Assembly: GCA_000165345.1 (NCBI GenBank)
Contig: CM000430.1
Span: 128,001 to 192,000 of the forward strand
Length of the DNA stretch: 64,000 bases
Direction: 5' to 3'
Position numbers and translations under genes: made by a program. This document shows positions 16,651 to 27,800 of the stretch, piece by piece. The stretch's first letter is position 1; each line of letters begins with the position of its first letter. The notes under the pieces were generated by a model that saw nothing but the letters and a program-made list of their open reading frames with translations, ran no database searches and had not been told where the DNA came from.

Positions 16651-17670
16651 TTACTTTTTGTTAATAATCAATGAACCTATACAAGTTGCTAAGATCATTA
16701 ATCCTACAGTTCCAACGATCTTAAGGAAAGCTTCGCGTGATAAATGTTTAGCTCCCTTCTTGAATGTTAATTCAATCATCTCTAAAGCAGGTAATTCATC
16801 GCCAGCAATACCTTGGAATGATAAAGATGGAGATGGTAATTGAGTATTAATTGGTGATAATTCAACTTGATTACCATTTTGAATGATATATGGAACCATC
16901 TTGCTACCATCAACCTTAAATGAGCAATAAGAATCACAGTTCAAGAAAGTAGTACCTTCAATAGTTGAGTTGTATGTACCCCTATTTTGACCACTAATTA
17001 CAAGCTCAACATGAGTATCCAAAATAAGTTGTTGAACCTTCTTTAACGAAGAATCGATTGAATATGAAGAAGCCAAGTATTTGTTTCCAACTACAACAGT
17101 GAAATCATGATGTTTATGACCATAGTGTAAAGTTGCATTCAAATTTTGGAAGGCTTGTTCAGAAACTTTGTGGTCTGGGAAAGAGCTGGAAAGAATAAAA
17201 GTATCAATGAATACAAATAAAACAGTACCATCTCTTCTAGATAACACATTTGAAGTATCAGTATAGTGTGAAACATAATGATAAAAGTAATTTGGGAAAC
17301 TAAATCTTGGGAAAATATCATTATTGCTATCATAAGTTACATTATTTCTCTTCAATAGCAAGTTAGCATTCCCATTATCCCAATCAGCTTGACCCATTGC
17401 TGCGAACAATGGAATCTGGAGAGATTTTTCTGAGTAAATATTCTCAAAACAATGTTTGAAATCAATTCCACCAGGAAAGTTATCTCCAGGACTAACCAAT
17501 AATGAGAATGGAGTCTTCTCTGCTTGGGCTTTTAAAACAGAAGCTACCTTTTTTTGGTTTCCAGAACATCCATAATTTGATAATGATGCAAAATATAATT
17601 CTCCATTAACTCTATTTGAACTAACAAATATACACAAAACGATTCCAAAAACTAGAAGTAATGCTCTCAT
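16651..17670 (-). CDS. Calcineurin-like metallophosphoesterase / type-5 acid-phosphatase-like protein with signal peptide and C-terminal TM anchor (metal-binding motifs partly degenerate)
   Basis: N-terminal signal MRALLLVFGIVLCIFVSS. Motif remnants PGDNFPGGID (GDNFY-like), AMGQADWDNGN, HKHHDF (GHDH-like). C-terminal hydrophobic LMILATCIGSLII. Confidence 0.45.
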   Translation of the reverse strand: MRALLLVFGIVLCIFVSSNRVNGELYFASLSNYGCSGNQKKVASVLKAQAEKTPFSLLVSPGDNFPGGIDFKHCFENIYSEKSLQIPLFAAMGQADWDNGNANLLLKRNNVTYDSNNDIFPRFSFPNYFYHYVSHYTDTSNVLSRRDGTVLFVFIDTFILSSSFPDHKVSEQAFQNLNATLHYGHKHHDFTVVVGNKYLASSYSIDSSLKKVQQLILDTHVELVISGQNRGTYNSTIEGTTFLNCDSYCSFKVDGSKMVPYIIQNGNQVELSPINTQLPSPSLSFQGIAGDELPALEMIELTFKKGAKHLSREAFLKIVGTVGLMILATCIGSLIINKK

Positions 17671-18786
17671 CCTTTTATTAAAATATAAACAGTTGCTTTC
17701 ACTTTTTGTAATATTGTTTTATATAAGACTATAATTTTTCTTTTTCGGTAATGTGTTTCTTACTCACAATTTTTAATTAATATTTGGCTATTCAATAACC
17801 CAATAGTGGAATTCTTTAAATTCGATATTTATACTTAATTCCTAATTTTATTATTTAAAAAAAAAAAAAACCTACCTTTTTTACCTTTTCAAAATAATAA
17901 AAATGTCTTTTTTCCTTATAATATGCTTGCTTCCACCTTTTGATTAAGCCTCACACTATTTATAAACCTTGTTCCTCATTACAAAAATCAAATCTGTATG
18001 CAAGCACATCTACATACATTATTGACGACATTACGTCATTACAAATGGATCAAGTCTCCATGTACCCCATTTTACATACATTAACGTTTTGTCCTCACAA
18101 CTTTAAAAATTTAACATATGTCTCGTTTTCTTTTTTTGAATACTGTTAAATATTCGTGTTTTTTTTTTACGATCTCTTTAATTGATTTTTAACAGTTAAA
18201 TCTATTAAGATGAAAATTCTTTCTCATTTTCTTATTTTTCAATATTCCTCATCATTATCCGCATGCACAATTTTTCCCCAATTTGATGCGTGTGCACTGT
18301 GTCTTTTTTGTGAAATTTTATAACACTTAATTTTTGATATCAAGGCTTTTTTTTAATTAATTGAATCAAATATATTCGAATACAATTATCTAAATTCAAG
18401 CAGTATTTGAATCTTCATTTCAAGAATTTTGAATCCATCTTTTTTTTCCTAAAAATATGTGATAATTTGTTTGTCCACATAAGTGGGATATAGAAAAAAA
18501 ATTATGAAAGAGGGGAAAAATGCACGTAGAAAAATTAATAAATAGGAGAAAAAATTATAGCCAAGGGCTTGATTAGTAAAATATATTCATCAACGTAAAT
18601 TCAATATGCCTAATTATTGCATATATGTATAGAAGTAACGTAATTTGTTAATTTTCTTTTGCATCTTTCTCATTGCAATTTTGTAATTTTGAATTAATGA
18701 ATTTGATTTACAAATCATTGTCTTTTTTTTACCCTATTTGTTTTTACTCTTTTATTGATATTAATTAAAAAACCAATTACGTGTTG

Positions 18787-18806
18787 TTGGCGCCTACTTA
18801 TGTGGG
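18787..18806. promoter_or_regulatory. Bipartite TTGGCGCC-N5-ATGTGGG element
   Basis: ttggcgcctacttatgtggg, 350 bp upstream of the SUN-domain gene, in a divergent promoter. Confidence 0.5.
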
Positions 18807-19154
18807 TTAAATTACATGCAATTTATGCAAGTATGACAGTTGTAAAAGTCATGCAGTATCAAAAGTGTGATTTCTAGAATTTAATAAAGAATAAATCGTT
18901 AAATTATTATTTTGTTAATTGGAAGTAAACTATTGAGATTTTGAAATAATTATAAAAATGAATAAATTGTTAATTTTTCTATGAATATATTTCGGGGAAA
19001 AAATGACTCAAAGATGGTTAAACCTATAAAATAAGAAAATCCTAAATAAATTAAAACCTATTAAATAATTAATATTAAATTTAACGGAAAGTTTTGTTTG
19101 AGTAATGAATTAAAAAGAAACTTACAATACTTATGAAAACGTATTTATGTATGT

Positions 19155-21233
19155 ATGAAGAATAAAAATAATAAAAAAAGAATCCTGGTTGAGAAGGAAA
19201 AAAATTATCATGAGAAGGCAAACTTTGAGATTTGGAAAACAGATGGAATTTATAGAAATGAAAATGATAGAAGTTTTATGTTTGGAAATAGGAAATTGTC
19301 AAATATGAAAAAAATGCAAATCGATTATTACCCCTATAATGAGAAGTCAAAAATTGAGAATGAAATAAGAGGAAATGTTTTAATTAATACTAGAAAAGAT
19401 ACGGAATCAAGAAAAAAAGCCAGTTTAAGAATATGGATATATCGCAAATTAGGGAAAATATTGAATTATATTTTTAAAATTATTAAAACACTCAGTTTAT
19501 TCTTAATAATAGGTACTTTTCTATTTATTATTTGGAACTCAATTAATCATTTTGGACAATATGGAGAAAGTAAGATGATTTCTACTCAATTATTTGATCA
19601 ATTAATAAAAAAGGAAAAGCTTGTAAATTTAATTAAACAAAAAGAAAGTAATGGTTTATTTTCTGCAGATTATTATGATGAGACAGTAAGTTTTGTTGAA
19701 TTCCAGGAAAAATTTGAAGAGATTGAAGATCAAGTTATTGGATTAAATAAAAAAATTGCAATTTTAGCAGAAATTAATGAGTTTTCAAAAATGAATAGAA
19801 GTAATTTAGAACGTGATTTTCGTGAATTAATAAATAACAAGACATTCATCCTTGAAAATGAAATCATTGAATTAAATACAAAGCTTTTAAAAGAAATTAA
19901 ATCTGTTAAAAACGAAAGTTCAACAATATTCAAAAATTTTAATCGTTCGCTGAATGATATTTTAACGAAAGAGAAGAATCAAATTATTTATAAAAATAAT
20001 CATCCAGAGATTGAAAGCCAAATACAATTAATTATTAGAAATCTAACAGAGCACGAGAGATTTTATTTGAAATTGAGAAATGATTTAGAAAATATTTCGG
20101 AAGAAGTTAAGTTAATTGACGAGGCACAAGATGTTTTAAGGAGTTTGATTTGGTCAATGAATAAAAGAAATGAAGAATTATCAACTTTTAATTCAGAAAA
20201 TACAATAGGAAATTCTCAGCTTGAAGCTTTACAAGGTCAAAGCTCAGAAATTGGAGTTTACCTTAAAAAAATACTTGGGACAAAATTGGAAATGCAAGGT
20301 TATAATCAAGTTGACTGGGCACAATCTAGTATGGGAGGAAAAGTATTAAATCCTAAAAGTAATAAATTCTGTGAGGCAAATAAAGATAATAATAATAATA
20401 GTAATTCAATAATCATTAAGAGTTTGAGATACTTTCAAGATCAGCTTTTTAAGTTTTTGATTCAAAAAAACCATAGAACAACAACATTAAAAGTTCCCAT
20501 CTATAATTCTGAGTGTTTTGAGCCCAATCAACTTATCAAATCAAATCAAGAAAAAACTATTGGAAATTGTTTACTTGCTGAAGTTGGTACTAATATTGAT
20601 ATACAATTATCTGTTTTAATTAATGTAACATCAGTGGGAATAGATCATATTTTATTTCCCTTACAATATGATAATGGAGAAACTGTCCCAAGAAAATTTT
20701 CTGTTAAATGTATAAAAGGGAGCTCAATTGAGGAATACGAATATGGTCATTTTATGTATCACTATCCTCAAAATAATCAAGGTCTTGAAATTTTTCAGGT
20801 TAATTCAAATCATTTATGCAACATAATTAGATTTACAATTCACTCAAGTTATGGTGACAAATATTTTTGTTTGTACAAATTGAGAGTATATGGTGAGCAG
20901 GTTAATAATAACATTGAATTTGTTTCTGAGGTTAAAAGAAATTATTTTTTGAAATTATTTTGGAAAATAACCAGAAAAATAACAATTGCTCTTAGAAATG
21001 AAATATCTAATATGAATATTATATTATTAAATTGTTTTAATTATATTAAAGAGAACTTAAAAGTAGAAAATAAAGAAAAAATTGAGTTTGAAGAAGATAA
21101 TAATGATATAATGTTGGATAATGATGTTGAGATTGATGAAGATAAGGATGAATATGTACCAAATTATGGTAATTTTTCAGAAAGTAACAAATTCAAAACA
21201 AAAAATGATAAAAGAAGGAGAGAAATTGAGTAG
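19155..21233 (+). CDS. SUN-domain nuclear-envelope protein (TM + coiled coil + C-terminal SUN domain)
   Basis: TM segment LSLFLIIGTFLFIIW, then a long coiled coil, then VDWAQSSMGGKVLNPKS ... IRFTIHSSYGDKYFCLYKLRVYG, matching the SUN-domain beta-sandwich ends. Confidence 0.6.
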   Translation: MKNKNNKKRILVEKEKNYHEKANFEIWKTDGIYRNENDRSFMFGNRKLSNMKKMQIDYYPYNEKSKIENEIRGNVLINTRKDTESRKKASLRIWIYRKLGKILNYIFKIIKTLSLFLIIGTFLFIIWNSINHFGQYGESKMISTQLFDQLIKKEKLVNLIKQKESNGLFSADYYDETVSFVEFQEKFEEIEDQVIGLNKKIAILAEINEFSKMNRSNLERDFRELINNKTFILENEIIELNTKLLKEIKSVKNESSTIFKNFNRSLNDILTKEKNQIIYKNNHPEIESQIQLIIRNLTEHERFYLKLRNDLENISEEVKLIDEAQDVLRSLIWSMNKRNEELSTFNSENTIGNSQLEALQGQSSEIGVYLKKILGTKLEMQGYNQVDWAQSSMGGKVLNPKSNKFCEANKDNNNNSNSIIIKSLRYFQDQLFKFLIQKNHRTTTLKVPIYNSECFEPNQLIKSNQEKTIGNCLLAEVGTNIDIQLSVLINVTSVGIDHILFPLQYDNGETVPRKFSVKCIKGSSIEEYEYGHFMYHYPQNNQGLEIFQVNSNHLCNIIRFTIHSSYGDKYFCLYKLRVYGEQVNNNIEFVSEVKRNYFLKLFWKITRKITIALRNEISNMNIILLNCFNYIKENLKVENKEKIEFEEDNNDIMLDNDVEIDEDKDEYVPNYGNFSESNKFKTKNDKRRREIE

Positions 21234-21295
21234 AATTTATTAAAAAAAAAGAAATTCTGAACTTATAATATTTGTTAATAAGTTAAAATATCCTT

Positions 21296-22624
21296 CTAAC
21301 ATAATGAAAATATGGATTTTTGATTTGGTGCACTAATTGAAATATTTTCAATCATTGGGTAAATAATACAGTTATTTTTATTTGGGAGTCTTTCAATATA
21401 TTCACTAATAAAAATAATATCTTGTTTTGAGATTTTAATCATGGAATTTTTCTTTTTAAGATCATTTGCGTTCGAGATTTCAATCTGGGTTGCTAAATCT
21501 GAAGCAGAGTGACTATTTCTAAAGTCCTCAATAAAAGAATTAAATATATTTCCAAAGAAGCTGATAGTAATTCCAAGTATTTGAAGTAAAAAATTTGTTT
21601 GATAGTTATTCCTTCTATCACTAAAGAATTTCAAGAAATGTTTTTTTTGGCTCTTTTTAATATGCTTTTTGGAATATTTATAATATTCTTTAATGCTTTT
21701 AAATTGTTTAAAATTTGGTCCTATAAATTTCATTATACTGGTAATTCTTAGAATATCCTCTAGAAGTAATGCAATAAAGTCTGGCATTGAGTACCAAGGA
21801 GTACTATTTGTATCAATTGCATTATTAATGACAAATAAAAGGGATTGAGCAATCATAATAAGTTTTAAGTGTAATTTATGATCAGATTTACATTTACAAA
21901 AAGCAACTTGTTTATTAACTTTGGAGTTAATCATATGCAATTTCTTAAGACTTCTTTTATTTCCAAAAGCATCAATATTTGTATTTGAGTTCTTCATTTT
22001 GAGAAATGAAATAGGTCTAGCGCTCAAGAATTCAATCTGAGATGCTTCATTTTCAATAAAAGTGGAATGCTCATCTTGTTTATTTTTTGCATCCGAATCT
22101 TTGGTCATTAATCCAAAGTCTTCCAGAGTATTTGTTTTTGCAAATTGACTCTTCTTGATCATTTTTTTACTTAATTTTGGAAGTTTCTTCTTTATTGGTT
22201 TTTGTTGATGGTTTATCAATCTAAAGTAACCATTTGTATCAATTCCCATTAGCTTTATTTCTTCAATTTGAGACATATGATAAGTAAGAATAATTCCAAA
22301 TTCTTCAATATAAAACTTTATAAGCATTTTTCTCAGAATTTTATACAATTTCTTAACTTCTCTATGATTTTGAAGTAGTTCTTTTAATATGTAAACTTTT
22401 GGACCTGGTGAAAATCCATCATTTGCTAATGGAAAATTAACTTTTTCAAGATTATCCACAAAAATGGTATTTTTCAGGCTTCTTGAAATTGTTTCCACTG
22501 AATTCAGCTCAAAATGAGCCATTTTTTCACCATTACATCTTATTATATTAAAGCTTGAAAGTAAATATAAAAAGATTATTATATTAAAAATAATTGTTAA
22601 AGTACTCTTTTCATATTTAACCAT
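21296..22624 (-). CDS. Hypothetical protein with N-terminal signal/anchor, Lys-rich
   Basis: The track start at 22693 is a TTG codon. The first ATG is at 22622-22624 (MVKYEKSTLTIIFNIIIFLYLLSSF, signal-like). 442 aa, no recognisable domain. Confidence 0.45.
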   Translation of the reverse strand: MVKYEKSTLTIIFNIIIFLYLLSSFNIIRCNGEKMAHFELNSVETISRSLKNTIFVDNLEKVNFPLANDGFSPGPKVYILKELLQNHREVKKLYKILRKMLIKFYIEEFGIILTYHMSQIEEIKLMGIDTNGYFRLINHQQKPIKKKLPKLSKKMIKKSQFAKTNTLEDFGLMTKDSDAKNKQDEHSTFIENEASQIEFLSARPISFLKMKNSNTNIDAFGNKRSLKKLHMINSKVNKQVAFCKCKSDHKLHLKLIMIAQSLLFVINNAIDTNSTPWYSMPDFIALLLEDILRITSIMKFIGPNFKQFKSIKEYYKYSKKHIKKSQKKHFLKFFSDRRNNYQTNFLLQILGITISFFGNIFNSFIEDFRNSHSASDLATQIEISNANDLKKKNSMIKISKQDIIFISEYIERLPNKNNCIIYPMIENISISAPNQKSIFSLC

Positions 22625-22914
22625 CTTAATTAATCCTTTCTGAGTTTTTCCCCAGGTTCTTCCTACTTGAATTTCATTACAGTTTGCATCCAAATTTCTA
22701 TTTTATTTTCAATATATGAATAAATAGATGCCTTTGGATTAATTATTTTTATATAATTATCTTGCCAGAAAAAATGTATTATATCTAATATTATTATAAT
22801 TTTAACAATTTTTATGCTATTTTATTTCCAGATTATTCCTAATAAACACTAATATGGTCCCAAATAAGCATAAATTAATTAATTTAATAAAACAACCAGA
22901 AAAAGAATTGCATG

Positions 22915-22926
22915 TTTTGGCGGGCG
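22915..22926. promoter_or_regulatory. E2F-like TTTTGGCGGGCG site in divergent promoter
   Basis: Direct read. The same GCCCGCCAAAAG core appears in reverse at 24680..24691 upstream of the coiled-coil gene. Confidence 0.45.
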
Positions 22927-23216
22927 ATTTTGGTCCACAAATCAGATTATTTAAGGGGTAAAAATAATAATAATAATAATTTGACGGGTGAATGCAAATG
23001 GGATACAGTTAAAAAAAAAAAATGTAAATGCTCGAGAAATCGTTGTGAGGGGAGGGAGGAAAGATGCTGAATAAGGAAAAATAAGAGATAAAAGGCGAAT
23101 ATTAATATTACATATATATACATATATTTATAAATAAGGAAATATAACCAGTGTAAGGGGATATTTGTATATATCAATAATAAGCTTAGAAATCATATTA
23201 TTAAAGAGAAGAAAAA

Positions 23217-24329
23217 ATGAGTGAAAAAAATAGAAATACAGAGGTTATTGGTAAAACTTCAAATTCAACATTATATGAAAAGAGATTAGGATTATATGTA
23301 TTAATGGGTTCTGTATTATATATTTTAGCAATAAAAAATAAGCTTGAAAAAGGTTGGTTAGATACTCCTTATTCATGGATGCTGATACTATTTAGAGCTG
23401 GACCAATAGGAGGAATGATTTTAATGATACCTTATATGATTTCAAATTTAAGGACTCAAATAGAAAATATGTGTGAAACTTTAAGACTTTTTCATATTAA
23501 ATATCAAAAAAAAGAGCCTCTTACAATAGCTTTAGAACTTTTCCCAGATCTAGATAAACAATTCAATATGATGCAAAGTATGAGAAGATATATAGTACTA
23601 GGACTATTTTATTTTTGTATTGGAGAAAGTTTGAGCGAAATTTCTACTCAATATTCCAAAAATTCCAATATTTTTTTTCAAGTAATTCCAATCTCTGCTT
23701 CTTTATCACGTTCTATGGGAACTTACTCTTTTTGTAAATCAATTATATATGACTCAAAAAATACACGTAATCTTGTGCATGTTTTTGGCGCCACAACTGC
23801 ATGTATTTTGACATTTTTTGTATATATATTAGGAATATATATAAGCCATGAATCATTAATTGATGGAGTGAGGATGATATTAAGTCAGAGTTTGGTTGGT
23901 GGGGGGTTGGAAAAGGACTTTTTGAGAATATGTATTTACTTGGAATTATTTGTTCAGAGTATATTATTATCAGAATGTGTAATACGTAGGGGAAAAAATG
24001 AATATGCTTCTTTTGCTTCAAGAATATCTCCTATATTGGGCTCTCTTTTAATGATTATTTCTTTAGTATTAAGATGTTTACATTTGGAAACTAAAATGGT
24101 CCCATATTACATTCCATATTTGGAAATAGGTCCATATGTTTGGGGTTTGTTTATATTTATTCATTGTATAGCTTTTTATATTCGATATGATGATCAAGGC
24201 AATAATAGTAGAGATGAAGAAAATATTGTTTATATGAATAATAAAGTTGGCGAACAGATTAATTCTAAGCAAAATTATAATAATAGAGTTAGTTCTGAAT
24301 CTGTAACTATACAGAAAAAGAATCAATAA
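23217..24329 (+). CDS. Multi-pass membrane protein, hypothetical
   Basis: 370 aa with at least 7 hydrophobic helices and an ATG start. No conserved motif recognised. Confidence 0.45.
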   Translation: MSEKNRNTEVIGKTSNSTLYEKRLGLYVLMGSVLYILAIKNKLEKGWLDTPYSWMLILFRAGPIGGMILMIPYMISNLRTQIENMCETLRLFHIKYQKKEPLTIALELFPDLDKQFNMMQSMRRYIVLGLFYFCIGESLSEISTQYSKNSNIFFQVIPISASLSRSMGTYSFCKSIIYDSKNTRNLVHVFGATTACILTFFVYILGIYISHESLIDGVRMILSQSLVGGGLEKDFLRICIYLELFVQSILLSECVIRRGKNEYASFASRISPILGSLLMIISLVLRCLHLETKMVPYYIPYLEIGPYVWGLFIFIHCIAFYIRYDDQGNNSRDEENIVYMNNKVGEQINSKQNYNNRVSSESVTIQKKNQ

Positions 24330-24833
24330 ATGATTTCAATAATAAAAAAAGTTAATAAGGTAAAATAGTTATAGTTAAGATTTTTAATATATACTTGAGT
24401 ATTTTATTGTAAAACTTTGTTTTTTTTTAAAAAAAAGTCAATTAAATTTAATTAGTCGAGAATTTTATTCGAAATTTTGTTAAAGTTTAATAAAGAAAAC
24501 ATATAATTGAATGAATGTGTCTATCTATTTTTAAACCAGAATTAAAAAATGTATATTGGATTTTGAGTTAATTAAATACTCTAAATCTACTAAAAAACAA
24601 ACAAAATACATCTTTAATTCTTTTTTTCTATTAATAAATATTTAATATTAAAGGGTATCGAATAAGATCACAGGAAAAAGCCCGCCAAAAGAAAATGAAT
24701 TATTTGTGGAAAAAGAAAAAGGAAGAGGAAGAGGGGGAAAAAAAAGAAAGGAAGTTAACAAAATAAAATAAAGGAATAATTTGGGGTGAAAATAGGTTCG
24801 GAGTAGTAGAAAAGGAATACTGGTTGATGGATT

Positions 24834-27800
24834 ATGGACCAAGGAGGTGAATTAGAAACACAGGAAAAGGGAGGAATTTCTTCAGCAAAGGAGTTGTTGG
24901 TAGAGAACAAGGATGATGGAACCATTAATTTAGATACTTCCAACTTATTAGAAGAGAATAAGAAGTTGAAAGATAGAATAAAAGAATTAGAACAGAAACA
25001 TTATGTGGATAATATACAAGATGAGGGACAGGAAGAGAGGAGAAATCAGGTATCGATATTAACAGAGCAATTAGTTCATGAGAGAAATGAAAATGAGAGA
25101 TTACATGAGAATTTGAATGGATTACAGGAGTTATTAGTAAAGAGTAAACAAGAATTATTGGAGTTTCAGCAAAGAGTTTATGATTCAGAGATTATTTCAT
25201 CTAGAAGTCAACATGAAAGTAAGATTTTAGAACAAGAAAAGAATACTTTACAAGAATCTTTGAAGAAATATCAAGAGGAAGCTGGGATTATGGAGTCTAG
25301 GATGAAAGAACTTCATGCTTCTAAGAATAATATTATATTAGAATCAACAAAGAAGATTAGTAGTTTAGAGGTTTCATGTAGAGATTTTGAACATAAGATT
25401 ACTTTAATACAAAAAAGTAGGGATGAATTAGAAATGGAATATTCCAAGACTTGTGATGAACTTAGAAGAGTGAAATCTGAATTAGATTTTGCAAAAGGAC
25501 ATTATGAAGGGAAAATTAAGATAAAAGAAGAAGCAATAAGGCTTAAAGAAGAACAAGTACAGCAAATTCAAAGTCTTTTAGATATGAGTATAAGTACTGC
25601 TCAGAATTTAGAGTCAGAAATGGAGAAACTTCGATCTGGTATGATTGAGGAAGATCGTCATCAGGATGATGAAGCTTTAAGAAGTTCCGTTGAAGGAGGT
25701 TTAAGGGAGAAAACTCAAACAACTACCGGAATAGGTACCAAGCTTGAAAGAAAACAATTTACTGACAAACAAGCTTTAGAAATCCTTATAGGGATTTTTG
25801 GAGAAGAATATATACTAAGTGAGTCACATTCAGGAATTGATAGTCAACTTGTTACTCAAGAAGAAGAAATAGAAACAGGAACAGTAACCAGAAATTCTGG
25901 GGGAAGAAGAATTCTAATTGACCTTTTAACTCAATTAGAAGATTATCAACAAAGTATGGATGATCTAAGACATCAAAATCAAGCTTTAAAAGCAGATTTG
26001 AAGGAATGCCAATACCATCTAAAAGTTACTGTTCCTGATTTTGAATTAACTAGAGAAAAATATGAGTCATTACAAGCTGAAAATAATTTTGCTATTGAAC
26101 AAATACAATCTCTTACTCAAGAAAGACGAACATTAATCCATGAAGTCTCTGAATTAAAAACTTTATGGCAACATGAAACTAAAAAAAGAGAAATCTATGA
26201 AGAACAATGCAAAATAATTACTCAAAACTTTAATAAAATAATCAACAACCTTAATTATCCTGCTAATACTAGTGAAATTGATCCTATTCATGAAAATAGC
26301 GAATTCTATTCATATTCAAATTTGAGACATGATCTTGAAAATAAGGTATCGGATACCTTTAAATCATTTGAGAAAATTGATGATGAAAATTTGAAATATA
26401 ATAAAAATATTGTCGATAAGATATATTCTGATATAGTTGAGCAGAATACTCAATTAAAGATTCAGGTTTCGAGATTGATTGAAGGGATAGAATTGGATAG
26501 TCAGATACAGATAAGAAAGTTGACTTCTGATATTGCTTCATATAAGGATCAATTTGAAAGAATTCATCATGAAAGAGATGAATTAGTTTCTCAATATCAG
26601 GCATTGATAACTAAATTGGAGGATGAAAATGCTAATTTAAAACGTGAAAAGGATTCAATTAGGGAAAGTATTAGTAATGATGATTTACAATATAGAAAAA
26701 GCAAAGATGATCATGATTTTACTCCAATAAATCATGAAAAAGGGATTATATATGATGGAATTACGAATCCAAATATATTTGTTAAACAATTGGGAGAAGT
26801 AACAGAAATGTGTAAAACATTGAGTGAGAAACTTACAAGTGAGATAGAATCTTCTGCTCAGTGTAAGTCTGAGTTGTCACGTTATAAAGCTCAATGTGAA
26901 TATATGGAAAGTATGGGAGAAAGGAATAGAAAGCGTTTGGATGAGTTATTTCAAGAAAGAGATGGACTTTATATGCAAATCAATGATTTAAGAAGACAAC
27001 AAGATAGTAAAGATTTTCAAGTACAAGATCTTAAGGATAGGATTAGTACAAAAGAATCTGAGATTATGGATTTAAAGAGAGAGAATGAGCATCAGAAACA
27101 AAATATATCCAATTTAAATGCTTGTATTTTAGATTTGAGATCTGATATTGAGCAAGGAATAAAACAAAGGAGTCAAGATAATGCATTACAGAGGGATATG
27201 ATTAGTCAATTACAAGGAGAATTGGAAGGTAAATGTGTTGAAATTAATAGTATGAGAAAGAGTCAAGATGCTATTTTACAGAGAGAGTTTGAGGAATCTC
27301 AAAGATTAAGACAACAATTAAGATCAGAGCATGAAAAATACCAGAGTATGGAATCTAAACTTAAAGATTTACAGAATGAGAAAGAGAATCTGGAGAGACT
27401 TTTAGCTCAAATTGAGAAGGATGAAGAAATACAAGAAAAAAAGAGTAGAAAGAGTATATCAGCTTCACCAATTGGAGAATTATTTAATTTATCATTATCT
27501 TCTTCAGAATATCCAGAAAGAAGAATTTCTACAAGAAATAGTATTCATTCATCCAGTGATAATAAAATAGATTTGAATGATTCAGATGAAGGATTTAAAG
27601 ATCATTCAGGTATCGATAATGATGAGGTATCTGAATTACGTGTACAATTAGAAGAAAGTAAGAAATTACAAAATTACTGGAAAGAATTGGTACAATCAGT
27701 AGAGAAACAATTAGAGACAAAGACAAGAGATTTGGATGAATTGAAGATAATAGAGGAGAATTTGAAAGGGGAGTTAGAATCAAGAAGAGAGGAAGCAAAA